In this document: piece by piece, positions 54,535 to 63,771 of the stretch | Numbering within the stretch: position 1 is the stretch's first letter | Layout of the letters: every line of letters begins with the position of its first letter | NCBI GenBank assembly: GCA_019695305.1 | Contig: JAIBAG010000016.1 | Location: 1,161-65,160, forward strand | Reading direction: 5' to 3' | Origin: a bacterium | Lineage (GTDB): Bacteria; UBA10199; JAIBAG01 | DNA length: 64,000 bases | Made by a program: the position numbers and the translations under genes | The notes under the pieces: model-generated | Seen by the model: the letters and a program-made list of their open reading frames with translations, nothing else | Told to the model about the DNA's origin: nothing | Databases searched by the model: none

Positions 54535-55377
54535 ATGCTCCACATTTTTATGGGCCGATTACTTATAATTGTTATTTGTTTTGCATTTTTCCCCACATTA
54601 ACATGGGCGCATCATCCGGGGCATGGCTCGAGTGGCGCGCGTCTTACGCAATATCAGGGGTTAAAAACAAAACCGGCATCGCGTGCGTTTTTTTCGTACG
54701 ATTTGGCCGTGCTCGATGCCTCTATTGGTGAAGTGCATTCTTTTACCGTGGGCGGGGAATGGGCTTTTCATAAACGTTTCAGCGCTCTTATCGGTATCCC
54801 TATTACTACTATCCGCCACGATTTTGCAGCGAACCAAACGGGTTTAGGTGATATTGCCGTGGGGGGGCGTTTTCTTATTCATGATAACGAAAAAACTTTC
54901 TCATTTGCCTCCCTTGCTTTCGAAATCCCCACAGGCGATGAAAACGATGGGTTAGGACGTGGTTCTCTCGGTACCCGTATCGATTTATTGGGTGGTCTTA
55001 ATTTAGGAGAGTGGTCGATCTTTGTGTCTCCTGGTATTAATTTTGGCTGGGATAGCCCGCACGAACCAGTAATCAACGTAACAGGGGGCACTTCGACGCC
55101 TCGTTTCTTAGAAAAAATTTATTTTTCTTTAGCGTTCTCCAATCAAATTTTTGCAGCGTCTGATGTGTTTAAAAACGGTTCGTTTAAAACGTATTTGGAA
55201 CCGCAAATCAATTGGGTGGTGGATAAAAATGAAAAGTTAACCCTAAGCGTGCTCACGCGGGTATCTATCATGGACGAATTAGAACGTAAGAGTACCGTGA
55301 CGCTGACGAGTACCAGCAATAGTCTACTGAATGACATTAAATGGAGTGTGGGCCTTGGAGCCTCATACCAGTTTTAG
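54535..55377 (+). CDS. Outer-membrane beta-barrel protein with His-rich mature N-terminus
   Basis: 280 aa. Signal peptide ending TLTWA/HHPGHGSSG. Alternating beta pattern. C-terminal YQF. Confidence 0.6.
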   Translation: MLHIFMGRLLIIVICFAFFPTLTWAHHPGHGSSGARLTQYQGLKTKPASRAFFSYDLAVLDASIGEVHSFTVGGEWAFHKRFSALIGIPITTIRHDFAANQTGLGDIAVGGRFLIHDNEKTFSFASLAFEIPTGDENDGLGRGSLGTRIDLLGGLNLGEWSIFVSPGINFGWDSPHEPVINVTGGTSTPRFLEKIYFSLAFSNQIFAASDVFKNGSFKTYLEPQINWVVDKNEKLTLSVLTRVSIMDELERKSTVTLTSTSNSLLNDIKWSVGLGASYQF

Positions 55378-55389
55378 ATAGGACATCTT

Positions 55390-56049
55390 ATGAAATATGT
55401 TTTTGTTATTCTCATTTTGTTTAACGTAGCTTGTAGTGGTTCTTCGCTTACCGGTGTGGCGGATACAAATTTAACTGCGGATCAAAAAACAGTGATTGTG
55501 AATGTGCTTCACGAAGGCTCATCTACTTTTGATAATGATTTGGGTCTTACCGTAACACTCTCCGAAGCGTCTTTAGACTGGGGACATGTGATTCTTATCT
55601 CCGGTGGCGATGATGAAGAATGTGAAGAGGGACACGATGTGACCCTCCATGTGGAAACAGAAGAAGATTTGCTAACGCCTGAGCTTACGATGCTGAATTT
55701 AGGAACCGAAACAATTAATGATTATGCCTATTGCGGTTACCGTATTGAACTGGAGGGGTTTCATCTTGCCGGTTCCGTTTTTGACGGCGTGACCACCACT
55801 CCCTTTGATATTACCGTTGAAGATGAAATTGCCAAAGAAGCGGATTTTATGGCTAGCCATGAGGGTGTGACTATCCCACATCCTCTGCATTATCACGAAG
55901 GCCAAGTAGAGAAAGAAATTGCCTTTGTGAATGAGTATAGTCATTGGTTTGATGGTATCGATTTTTCGGAATCTGCTGATGAATTACAGGTCGAAATTAT
56001 CGCTAATCTTAAATCTCATCTTGGCCAGTATTTTAGCGATGCGCACTGA
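55390..56049 (+). CDS. Acidic lipoprotein with His/Cys-containing motifs
   Basis: 219 aa. Lipobox LFNVAC. CEEGHDVTLH and PHPLHYHEG motifs. Confidence 0.6.
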   Translation: MKYVFVILILFNVACSGSSLTGVADTNLTADQKTVIVNVLHEGSSTFDNDLGLTVTLSEASLDWGHVILISGGDDEECEEGHDVTLHVETEEDLLTPELTMLNLGTETINDYAYCGYRIELEGFHLAGSVFDGVTTTPFDITVEDEIAKEADFMASHEGVTIPHPLHYHEGQVEKEIAFVNEYSHWFDGIDFSESADELQVEIIANLKSHLGQYFSDAH

Positions 56050-56115
56050 CGTCATCGCGGCCGAAGAGCCGCGATCGAATCTGAATCGAGATCGCGGGTC
56101 AAGCCCGCGATGACG
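56050..56115. terminator. GC-rich tandem hairpins between convergent genes (bidirectional terminator candidate)
   Basis: ATCGCGG-N8-CCGCGAT (56054-56075) and ATCGCGGG-N5-CCCGCGAT (56091-56111). An alternative outer stem pairs CGTCATCGCGG with CCGCGATGACG. Confidence 0.55.
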
Positions 56116-56117
56116 GA

Positions 56118-58091
56118 CTAACGAGCACGCGCCTTCACCAGATCATCTACAACTCCCGGATCGGCCAGTGTTGACGTATCGCCTAAATTATCCAAATCGT
56201 TTTCTGCAATTTTACGCAAAATGCGCCGCATGATTTTGCCGCTGCGTGTTTTAGGGAGTGCGTCTGCAAATTGCAAAATTTCGGGTTTGGCAATCGCTCC
56301 AATTTCTTTAGAAACATGACCCATTAATTCTTTTTTAAGGGTGTCGGTGGCTTCATTTCCTTTTTCTAAAGTAACAAAGGCATATAAAGCCTGTCCTTTT
56401 ACCTCGTGCGGCATGGCCACTACGGCCGCTTCGGCCACGGTTTTGTGTGAGACAAGCGCACTTTCTACTTCGGCCGTGCCAATGCGATGGCCTGATACAT
56501 TAACCACATCATCAATACGGCCGAGTAGCCAATAATCGCCGTCGTCATCCATACGGCAACCGTCGCCTGTAAAATATAAATTGTTATAGGTGCTAAAATA
56601 AGTATCGATAAAACGATCATGATCCCCCCAGGTGGTGCGCATGATGCCGGGCCATGGCTTTTTAATGCATAATTTGCCACCTTCGTTTTTGTTACATTCC
56701 GAAGCGTCATCGCGCAATATCACTGGTTCTACGCCAAAGAACGGACGATTAGCCGAGCCCGGTTTAAGGGTGATGGCGCCAGGGAAAGGAGCGATGAGAA
56801 TTCCGCCTGTTTCTGTTTGCCACCAGGTATCCACCACAGGGCAATGTTCGTTTCCTACATTTTTGTAATACCACAGCCATGCCTCGGGATTAATGGGTTC
56901 GCCAACACTTCCAAGCAGTCGAAGACTGTTGAGCTTATATTTTTTAGGAATGCTTTCCCCAAAACGCATGAGTGTGCGGATGGCAGTGGGAGCGGTGTAG
57001 AGTATGGTCACCTTGTGTTTTTCAATCACCTGCCAAAAGCGCCCTTCATCGGGAAAGGTGGGGACGCCTTCAAACATCACGCTCGTGGCACCATTCGCAA
57101 GAGGTCCATACACAATATAACTGTGGCCTGTCACCCAGCCTACATCGGCTGTGCACCAGTAAACGTCGTTCTCTTGTAAATCAAAACAATATTTATGCGA
57201 AAGGCTGGCATGCAGCAAATAGCCTGCGGTGGTGTGGAGGACGCCTTTGGGTTTTCCGGTGGAGCCGGAGGTGTAGAGAATAAAAAGCGTATCTTCTGCT
57301 TTCATTTGTTCGGCTTGATGCTCGTTTGATTCTGTTTCTACCGCATCATGCCACCATATATCGCGTCCGCTTTGCATGGCCACCGTTCCAGGCCCGCGTT
57401 TTAAAACGAGAGCTTTAGTGACAGAAGGGGATTTAGCTAAAGCTTCATTGGCAATTTTTTTAAGAGGGATTTCTTTTCCGGCGCGATAGCCTACATCGGC
57501 CGTAATCAGCAACTTACATTCACTGTCATTCATGCGTGAGGCCAAGGCATCGGCACTAAAACCCCCAAACACAATAGAATGGATGGCGCCCACGCGGGTA
57601 CAAGCCAGCATGGCAATAGCGGCTTCGGGTACCATGGGCATGTAAAGGCAAACACGATCGCCTTTTTTAATTCCCATCTTAATGAATGCATTGGCTAGTT
57701 TACAGGTGAGGGTATGGAGTTCTTTGTAAGAAATTTTTCGTACCTCTTCATCTTTTTCGCCTTGCCACAAAATGGCAATTTTATCTGGTTGTGTTGTTAA
57801 ATGACGATCGAGGCAATTCACACTCACATTGAGGGACCCATCTTTAAACCAGGTGTGTTCAATTTTTCTTTTTTTGGTGTCCCAGGTGTAATTTAAACTT
57901 TGAGTGGGTTCTTTAAACCAGGTAAGCGTTTTGGCTTGTTCTATCCAAAAATTGTGGGAGTCTTTTATCGAGCGTTCGTAAAGCTTTTGATACTCCGCTT
58001 CACTTTTAACATGGGCTGCTTTTTGAAATGTTGGGGTTGGTTTTATCTTTTGCCCTTCTTGTTGCAACGATTGGATGGACTGTGTTGTCAT
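56118..58091 (-). CDS. acs: Acetyl-CoA synthetase
   Basis: Start at MTTQSIQ (58091). YTSGSTGKPKG, WWQTETGG, YFTGDG and SGKIMRR motifs. Confidence 0.93.
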   Translation of the reverse strand: MTTQSIQSLQQEGQKIKPTPTFQKAAHVKSEAEYQKLYERSIKDSHNFWIEQAKTLTWFKEPTQSLNYTWDTKKRKIEHTWFKDGSLNVSVNCLDRHLTTQPDKIAILWQGEKDEEVRKISYKELHTLTCKLANAFIKMGIKKGDRVCLYMPMVPEAAIAMLACTRVGAIHSIVFGGFSADALASRMNDSECKLLITADVGYRAGKEIPLKKIANEALAKSPSVTKALVLKRGPGTVAMQSGRDIWWHDAVETESNEHQAEQMKAEDTLFILYTSGSTGKPKGVLHTTAGYLLHASLSHKYCFDLQENDVYWCTADVGWVTGHSYIVYGPLANGATSVMFEGVPTFPDEGRFWQVIEKHKVTILYTAPTAIRTLMRFGESIPKKYKLNSLRLLGSVGEPINPEAWLWYYKNVGNEHCPVVDTWWQTETGGILIAPFPGAITLKPGSANRPFFGVEPVILRDDASECNKNEGGKLCIKKPWPGIMRTTWGDHDRFIDTYFSTYNNLYFTGDGCRMDDDGDYWLLGRIDDVVNVSGHRIGTAEVESALVSHKTVAEAAVVAMPHEVKGQALYAFVTLEKGNEATDTLKKELMGHVSKEIGAIAKPEILQFADALPKTRSGKIMRRILRKIAENDLDNLGDTSTLADPGVVDDLVKARAR

Positions 58092-58170
58092 ATGAGCCTC
58101 CGGTACAGAGTAAATAACAACCAAAAGCATTTGTCATCTGATATCAAAGCCATTATGATGGCCTTTCTTC

Positions 58171-59091
58171 ATGGCTTCTTATTTTGTTAAACGCCTCACT
58201 CTTCTTGTTCCCGTTCTTTTAACGGTAGCCACACTCGTCTTTTTTTTAATGCGTCTTATCCCCGGTGACCCTGTGGATTTTATTTTGGGTGAAAATGCTT
58301 TGCCGACGGATCGTGCCAAGCTTGTCGAAGCCCAGCATTTTGATAAACCGGTTTTTGAACAATACACACTTTATCTTAAAGATTTAATCAAAGGTGATTT
58401 GGGAGTATCTTTTTTTGGCCAAAAGAAAGTAACTACTCTTATTGCCGAGCGCTATCCTGCGACATTACAACTGGCCATCATGGCGATGTGTTGGGGGATG
58501 ATGATTGCGTTTCCGTTAGGGCTTTTAAGTGCGCTTAAAAAAGGACAAATATCAGATAAACTTGGTTTGTTTTTTTCACTCTTGGGTATTTCTCTTCCGG
58601 GTTTTTATTTGGGGCCACTTCTTGTTTTAGCTTTTTCAATCCGTCTCGATCTCTTGCCAGTTTCCGGACGTGAATTGCCCGGTTCGGTGATTCTCCCTAG
58701 TTTAACAATGGGTCTGGGTCTAGCAGCTTTCCTCACACGCATGATTAGGTCTTCTGTGCTCGATGTGATGAAGCTTGACTACGTGCGTACCGCCCGCGCT
58801 AAGGGCTTATCCTTTTACAAAATTTTATTAAAACATATCGTCCGTACAGCTTTAGTGCCGGTGGTGGCCGTGATGGGGCTGCAGTTTGGTACGCTTTTGG
58901 CGGGAGCGATTATTACCGAAAAGATTTTTTCGTGGCCGGGATTGGGCAGTCTTTTAATCGAAAACATCTCGCGGCGTGATTATTCGGTGGTGGAAGGTTG
59001 CGTGATGGTGATTGCGGTGTCGTATGTGTTGGTGAATCTTATCACCGATATTATTTACACAAAATTGGACCCTAGGATTGAATTAAAATGA
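58171..59091 (+). CDS. Peptide/nickel ABC transporter permease (DppB/OppB family)
   Basis: 306 aa. N-terminal YF.KRL. EAA loop YVRTARAKGL. Confidence 0.85.
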   Translation: MASYFVKRLTLLVPVLLTVATLVFFLMRLIPGDPVDFILGENALPTDRAKLVEAQHFDKPVFEQYTLYLKDLIKGDLGVSFFGQKKVTTLIAERYPATLQLAIMAMCWGMMIAFPLGLLSALKKGQISDKLGLFFSLLGISLPGFYLGPLLVLAFSIRLDLLPVSGRELPGSVILPSLTMGLGLAAFLTRMIRSSVLDVMKLDYVRTARAKGLSFYKILLKHIVRTALVPVVAVMGLQFGTLLAGAIITEKIFSWPGLGSLLIENISRRDYSVVEGCVMVIAVSYVLVNLITDIIYTKLDPRIELK

Positions 59092-59196
59092 AGAGTAACC
59101 CCCTCCCGTCCTCCCCCTTACTCTAAGGGGGAGGGGTGTGTGTTAGCAAGTCCTCCTCCCTTAAGGTAAGGGAGGAGACAGAGGTGGGTTATTCTT
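59091..59196. repeat. Structured intergenic repeat family B, copy 2
   Basis: Outer stem AAGAGTAACCC (59091-59101) pairs with GGGTTATTCTT (59186-59196, one G-T). Hairpins at 59110-59134 and 59153-59177. It fills the junction between the two permease genes. Confidence 0.8.
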
Positions 59197-59210
59197 TGCT
59201 TGAACTAAGA

Positions 59211-59993
59211 ATGAAATTTTTTGCTTACACTCTTGCTCTACTCTTAGTAGCGGCCTTCATCGCTGGCCCCTTTGTGGCTCCCTATGCGCCTCAATCCTTC
59301 GAGCTCAAAAGTCAGATGCAGACGCCAACGCACGACCATGTGTTGGGCACCGATGAATTGGGGCGGGATATTTTGAGCCGTTTGCTCTACGGTGCGCGGG
59401 TTTCCCTGGGGATTGCTTTTGTTGTTGTTAGTATCAGCCTCAGTGTTGGTTTGTTGATGGGTTTTATTTCAGGATATTTTGGGGGATTGTGCGATAAAAT
59501 TTTTATTGCTATCTCCGACGTATTTCAGGCTTTTCCTGGATTTTTGTTGGCCATTGCGTTGGCGGCTTTTTTACCTCCCAGTATTCTTAATGTAATTTTT
59601 CTCTTAAGTTTTGTGGGTTGGGTGGGTTACGCGCGTTTGGCGCGGGCGCAGGTGATGGGTTTAAAAGAGCGGGAGTTTTTACAGGCAACAAAGGCGTTAG
59701 GCGTGCCGTTACCCCGTGTTTTTTTTCTGCATGTGCTGCCCAATATTGCGGGCCCCATTTTGGTTCAGGCGGCTTTTGGAATGGCGGGAGTAATTTTGGT
59801 GGAATCGAGCCTTAGCTTTTTGGGGCTGGGGCTTCCGGTAACGGTGCCCAGTTGGGGAAAAATGCTGGATAGTGGCACGGGTTTGTTACTCGCAGCCCCT
59901 CATATTTCTATTTTCCCGGGTTTGGCTATTATGGTATCGGTTTTAACCTTTAATTTATTAGGGGACACCTTGCGTGATCGGTATCAGCGCTAG
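59211..59993 (+). CDS. Peptide/nickel ABC transporter permease (DppC/OppC family)
   Basis: Start at MKFFAYTL (59211). The track's upstream extension translates repeat B. GTDELGRDILSR, and EAA loop FLQATKALGVP. Confidence 0.85.
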   Translation: MKFFAYTLALLLVAAFIAGPFVAPYAPQSFELKSQMQTPTHDHVLGTDELGRDILSRLLYGARVSLGIAFVVVSISLSVGLLMGFISGYFGGLCDKIFIAISDVFQAFPGFLLAIALAAFLPPSILNVIFLLSFVGWVGYARLARAQVMGLKEREFLQATKALGVPLPRVFFLHVLPNIAGPILVQAAFGMAGVILVESSLSFLGLGLPVTVPSWGKMLDSGTGLLLAAPHISIFPGLAIMVSVLTFNLLGDTLRDRYQR

Positions 59994-60001
59994 CAGCCTC
60001 T

Positions 60002-60028
60002 CGTCATCCCGGACTTGATCCGGGATCC
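60002..60028 (+). terminator. Hairpin CGTCATCCCGG-ACTTGAT-CCGGGAT after the permease operon
   Basis: 7-bp GC-rich stem. Shares the GTCATCSCGG arm with the hairpins at 56050. No clear U-tract. Confidence 0.35.
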
Positions 60029-60047
60029 AGGTTGTAGTTTGTGGCCC

Positions 60048-60205
60048 GGCTCCGGTGTTAAAATTTTATTTTATTCTAAAACAAAATGTCCTCTATAAGA
60101 TGACGTCCTCACAATTTCTGGGAAGATAAGCTTATGGGTGATAGGGTGAGGACTTAAAAGTGGGCCGCATGTTTTAGAATAAAATAAAATTTTAACACCG
60201 GAGCC
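60048..60205. repeat. Structured intergenic repeat family A, copy 3 (158 nt)
   Basis: Perfect 35-bp inverted arms, 60048-60082 and 60171-60205. Conserved core ATAAGATGACGTCCTCAC...GGGTGATAGGGTGAGGAC..GTGGGCCGCATG. Confidence 0.85.
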
Positions 60206-60246
60206 TCAGAGGCTTAGCGGTAATTTTTTGGTGAGCGAGAAGAAGA

Positions 60247-61317
60247 ATGAAAAAACAAATTAACATAGGATCCAACATCATCACCGGTTTTGGCGGTTTA
60301 GAAATTAACGATACCGTTAAAACCCTTATTAAAAAATATCGCGTAGCCGGATTTATTTTGTTTAAGCGCAATATTCAAAGCCCCAAACAAGTTAAAAAAT
60401 TAATTGCCGATTTACAAAAGCTGGCCGACTACCCGCTCTTTTTTGGTGTGGATCAAGAAGGTGGCAATGTGTTTCGTTTGGGAGCGCCCTTTACGCAGTT
60501 TCCGGCCATGGTGGAAGTGGGCAATTATTATAACCGCACCAAAGATTTAAAAACGATTAAAGCCATAGCGCAAGTGATGGCTAGAGAATTAAAAGCCGTA
60601 GGCTTTAACTGGGATTATGCACCTGTGGTGGATGTTCATTCTAACCCGCTTAATCCTATCATCGGACGCCGCGCCTTTTCGCCCGATCCGGTTGTGGTGA
60701 CAAAATGCGCCGAAGCCATGATTAAAGGTTTTCATGAAGAAGGTGTGCTTTCATGTATTAAACATTTTCCAGGGCATGGTGGTACCTCCGTCGACTCGCA
60801 TTTGGATTTGCCCACCATCGATTCGGCAGGCCGCTTGTTGTGGAAACGGGATATTTTTCCTTATCGCAAGCTCATCAAAGCACGTTTAGCGCCAACCCTC
60901 ATGACAGCCCACGTGCTTTATAAAGATTTAGACCGTAAACATCCGGCTACTTTGTCCAAACGCATTTTGCATCACCTTTTGCGCAGGCGTATGGGATACA
61001 AAGGTGTGATTGTATCGGATGATTTTTATATGAAGGCTATTGCCGATAGATACGGATTTGTAGATGCGTTAACGCGCTTTTTTATGGCGGGGGGCGACAT
61101 CGCCCTTTTATGCCATCAAGAAGATAAAAATGTGGTTATTTTAGACGAGCTGAATGCGGCGCTGAACAATAATGCTGATTTTGGGAAAAAGATAAAGCAG
61201 GCGCAAAAGCGTATCAGTTTACTAGCCAAAAAATTCCTAAAACCCGTTAAAAAACCTTCTCTCACGGTCTTGGGCAGTAAAGCTCATCTTAAAATTGTAG
61301 AAAAAATTTCACTGTAA
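60247..61317 (+). CDS. nagZ: Beta-N-acetylhexosaminidase (GH3, NagZ-like)
   Basis: 356 aa. GF.LF.RN, VDQEGG.V.R, KHFPGHG and VSDD motifs. Confidence 0.85.
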   Translation: MKKQINIGSNIITGFGGLEINDTVKTLIKKYRVAGFILFKRNIQSPKQVKKLIADLQKLADYPLFFGVDQEGGNVFRLGAPFTQFPAMVEVGNYYNRTKDLKTIKAIAQVMARELKAVGFNWDYAPVVDVHSNPLNPIIGRRAFSPDPVVVTKCAEAMIKGFHEEGVLSCIKHFPGHGGTSVDSHLDLPTIDSAGRLLWKRDIFPYRKLIKARLAPTLMTAHVLYKDLDRKHPATLSKRILHHLLRRRMGYKGVIVSDDFYMKAIADRYGFVDALTRFFMAGGDIALLCHQEDKNVVILDELNAALNNNADFGKKIKQAQKRISLLAKKFLKPVKKPSLTVLGSKAHLKIVEKISL

Positions 61318-61359
61318 TTTCACTTTTTGCTCACAAAGAATGAGTAGGGCATAAATTTT

Positions 61360-62031
61360 ATGAGTGTTGCTAAAAAAATTATTGCTGAATTTTTGGGGAC
61401 TTCCTTTTTGCTTTGCACCGTTGTGGGTTCGGGCATTATGGGCGAAGAGTTAGCTGGTGGTAATACGGCCATCGCTCTTTTAGCCAACAGTTTGGCTACG
61501 GGTTGTTCGCTGGTGGCTCTCATTTTAATTTTTGCTCCATTATCAGGAGCACATTTTAATCCAGTGGTGACACTAGCATCTGTTATCCATAAAGAATTAT
61601 CAGCATTACGGGCCCTTAGTTATATTGTGGCGCAAGTAACGGGAGCTTTTGTAGGCGTGTGGGCGGCCCACTTTATGTTTTTAAAACCCATCATCATGGC
61701 GTCGCAGCACATTCGTACGGGTAGTGCTCAATGGTTAAGCGAGGGAATTGCCACCTTTGGCTTATTAGCAGTGATTCACGGATGTAAACGCTACAGTGTT
61801 CCGGTTATTGCCTCTACTGTCGGAGCTTATATTACGGCCGCTTATTGGTTTACATCCTCCACCTCATTTGCAAATCCTGCCGTTACGTTAGCGCGCTCCT
61901 GTACCGATACTTTTTCGGGAATACGTCCGGTGGATGTTCCTCAATTTATTATTGCTCAAGTGGTAGCCGCTATCTTAGCAACACTTTTATTTAGATGGTT
62001 GGGAAAGGAGGACACATGTCCTCAAAAATAA
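61360..62031 (+). CDS. MIP-family channel (aquaglyceroporin, AqpS-like arsenite channel candidate)
   Basis: 223 aa. First loop SGAHFNPVVTLA (NPV), second FANPAVTLAR (NPA). Overlaps the downstream arsC. Confidence 0.8.
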   Translation: MSVAKKIIAEFLGTSFLLCTVVGSGIMGEELAGGNTAIALLANSLATGCSLVALILIFAPLSGAHFNPVVTLASVIHKELSALRALSYIVAQVTGAFVGVWAAHFMFLKPIIMASQHIRTGSAQWLSEGIATFGLLAVIHGCKRYSVPVIASTVGAYITAAYWFTSSTSFANPAVTLARSCTDTFSGIRPVDVPQFIIAQVVAAILATLLFRWLGKEDTCPQK

Positions 62032-62420
62032 TACTCTTTGCCTGTGTGCATAATGCCGGACGTTCACAAATGGCCGCGGCATTTTTTAATTTTTTTGCTG
62101 ATCCCCATAAAGCGATTGGTATTTCGGCTGGGACTCAGCCGGGTAGTGCTGTTCATCCGATGGTGATGGAAGTGATGAAAGAAGCGGGTATTGATCTCTC
62201 GCAAGCCAAACCCCAATTACTCACCGATGAATTGGCGCGTTCGGCTTCTTTACTCATTACCATGGGTTGCGGAGAAGCGTGTCCGGTGGTGCCAGGGCTA
62301 AAGCGTGATGACTGGCCGCTTACCGATCCTAAAAATTTGCCGATTGAGGACGTGCGCAAGATTCGTGATGAGATCCGAACGCATGTACAAAAGTTAATCG
62401 AAAAAGAAAAACTAACTTAA
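62016..62420 (+). CDS. arsC: Arsenate reductase, low-molecular-weight phosphatase family
   Basis: Start at MSSKIILFAC with an AGGAGG RBS. CX5R(S) motif CVHNAGRS. Downstream Cys pair (MGCGEAC). Confidence 0.8.
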   Translation: MSSKIILFACVHNAGRSQMAAAFFNFFADPHKAIGISAGTQPGSAVHPMVMEVMKEAGIDLSQAKPQLLTDELARSASLLITMGCGEACPVVPGLKRDDWPLTDPKNLPIEDVRKIRDEIRTHVQKLIEKEKLT

Positions 62421-62424
62421 CAGA

Positions 62425-63225
62425 TTATTGTTTTCCTAAATCCAAAAACGGCAAAGTTCCACCACTGAGCATATAATTGGGCAATTCCCCGTTCCATTTT
62501 TTTACTGCTTCTAATTTAATGAGATCCTGGTTTTCTTTTAAGGCCGCCGATTGAATACGAATGGCTTCGGCTTCACCTTTAGCTTGGGCTACACGTTGGT
62601 CGGCTTCAATCGTAATACGACGTAAATCGTTCTCGGCTTTTAAGGCATTTTGCTGGGCTACTTGTTTTTCTTCCACGGCATGTTCATATGCATCCGAAAA
62701 ATCAAAATTCACAATGGAAAAATCATCCACCAAAATATGGCGGGGGTGGAGGCGTTCGGTAAGTGCTTTGGTAATGGCATCTTTTACTTTGGGGCGTTCA
62801 GACACAAGTTCGGCTGCGGTAAACTGCGCGGTAGCCGATTTTACCGATTCTTGAATGGCCGGTGCAATTACTCTAAATTCGTAGTCCGATCCAATTTCTT
62901 GTAAGAGGCGTTGTACAGTTGCAGGGTCTAAATGATAGTTAAGTGCAATGCGTGTATCTACGTTTTGTAAATCTTTAGAGAAGGATGGTGCATCTACTTC
63001 TACTTTCTGGGTTTTCACGTCAATAATTTCAATTTTTTCCATCATGGGGACTTTAAAATGGAGCCCTTCGCCCAATACTTTATCTTGCACGGCGCCTAAG
63101 CGAACAACCACGCCGCGTTCACCAGGGCCCACTAATGAAAAGGGGCTAAAAGAAAAAATAGCGATAAGAATAATAATGGCAAAAATAATAGTTGTGACGG
63201 TTTTTTTTGCTCCTTCGGGATTCAT
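62425..63225 (-). CDS. SPFH/band-7 (prohibitin/HflC-like) protein
   Basis: 266 aa. N-terminal TM. SPFH core (GERGVVVRLGAV.......GLHFK.P). Ala/Glu-rich coiled coil. Confidence 0.85.
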   Translation of the reverse strand: MNPEGAKKTVTTIIFAIIILIAIFSFSPFSLVGPGERGVVVRLGAVQDKVLGEGLHFKVPMMEKIEIIDVKTQKVEVDAPSFSKDLQNVDTRIALNYHLDPATVQRLLQEIGSDYEFRVIAPAIQESVKSATAQFTAAELVSERPKVKDAITKALTERLHPRHILVDDFSIVNFDFSDAYEHAVEEKQVAQQNALKAENDLRRITIEADQRVAQAKGEAEAIRIQSAALKENQDLIKLEAVKKWNGELPNYMLSGGTLPFLDLGKQ

Positions 63226-63758
63226 AGAGTCTCCTTATGTTGAGGTGTAGAGGATTTAGATAAAAGTTTTAGTTTAGATTGTCTGCTTTTAGAAGTAGTG
63301 GTTTTGGGTGAAAACGACTCTCTAAAAGCCGGGGGCGTAGTTTGTTCTGTGAGTTTTTCTATAAGTTTGCCCATAACCTGGCCTGTTTTTGTTAAAATTT
63401 GAGATTTATACAGTTTGGCAATTGTTTTTTTTCGTTTTTCAGTCAATTTTTGAATTTTATCCTTAAAATCTGTAAGTTTTTGGCTTTTTTCATCTATTTT
63501 ATGAATTTTTGATAGGAATTTTTTAATTTTTTTTAGGTTTTTGCGTGCTTTTTTAAGGGTTTTAGAGCTTTCAATGCTAGAGGCTTCTTTAAGCATGGTT
63601 CTGGCTTGAGAGATAAGTTGTTTTAATTGGTTAAGGGAGTCACTCGATTTTTTGGAAAAATCTTTGGGGAGAAACTCGTTAATTTTTTGGAGTACAGCTA
63701 AAAGAGAAAGGCTGGGTTGGGTTAGGCTTGTAGTAGACTGTTGAGTTGGTTCAAGCAT
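63222..63758 (-). CDS. Lys-rich coiled-coil hypothetical protein
   Basis: 178 aa, low complexity (KK..KK..KL..). 4-nt overlap with the SPFH gene. Confidence 0.45.
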   Translation of the reverse strand: MLEPTQQSTTSLTQPSLSLLAVLQKINEFLPKDFSKKSSDSLNQLKQLISQARTMLKEASSIESSKTLKKARKNLKKIKKFLSKIHKIDEKSQKLTDFKDKIQKLTEKRKKTIAKLYKSQILTKTGQVMGKLIEKLTEQTTPPAFRESFSPKTTTSKSRQSKLKLLSKSSTPQHKETL

Positions 63759-63771
63759 GGTTTTTCTGCGC

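Noticed and set aside
13418-60205. Family A elements considered as a CRISPR remnant or tracr-like (GTTTTAGAA), as integron attC sites, or as carriers of a small peptide gene
   Set aside because: There is no regularly spaced repeat array and no cas genes. In attC sites the ends are conserved and the centre is variable, the opposite of what is seen here, and no RYYYAAC/GTTRRRY cores are present. Candidate short ORFs on either strand (e.g. MWPTLKASPFHP.., MRPTFKSSPYHP) are broken by a 1-nt indel in copy 2, so no frame is conserved.
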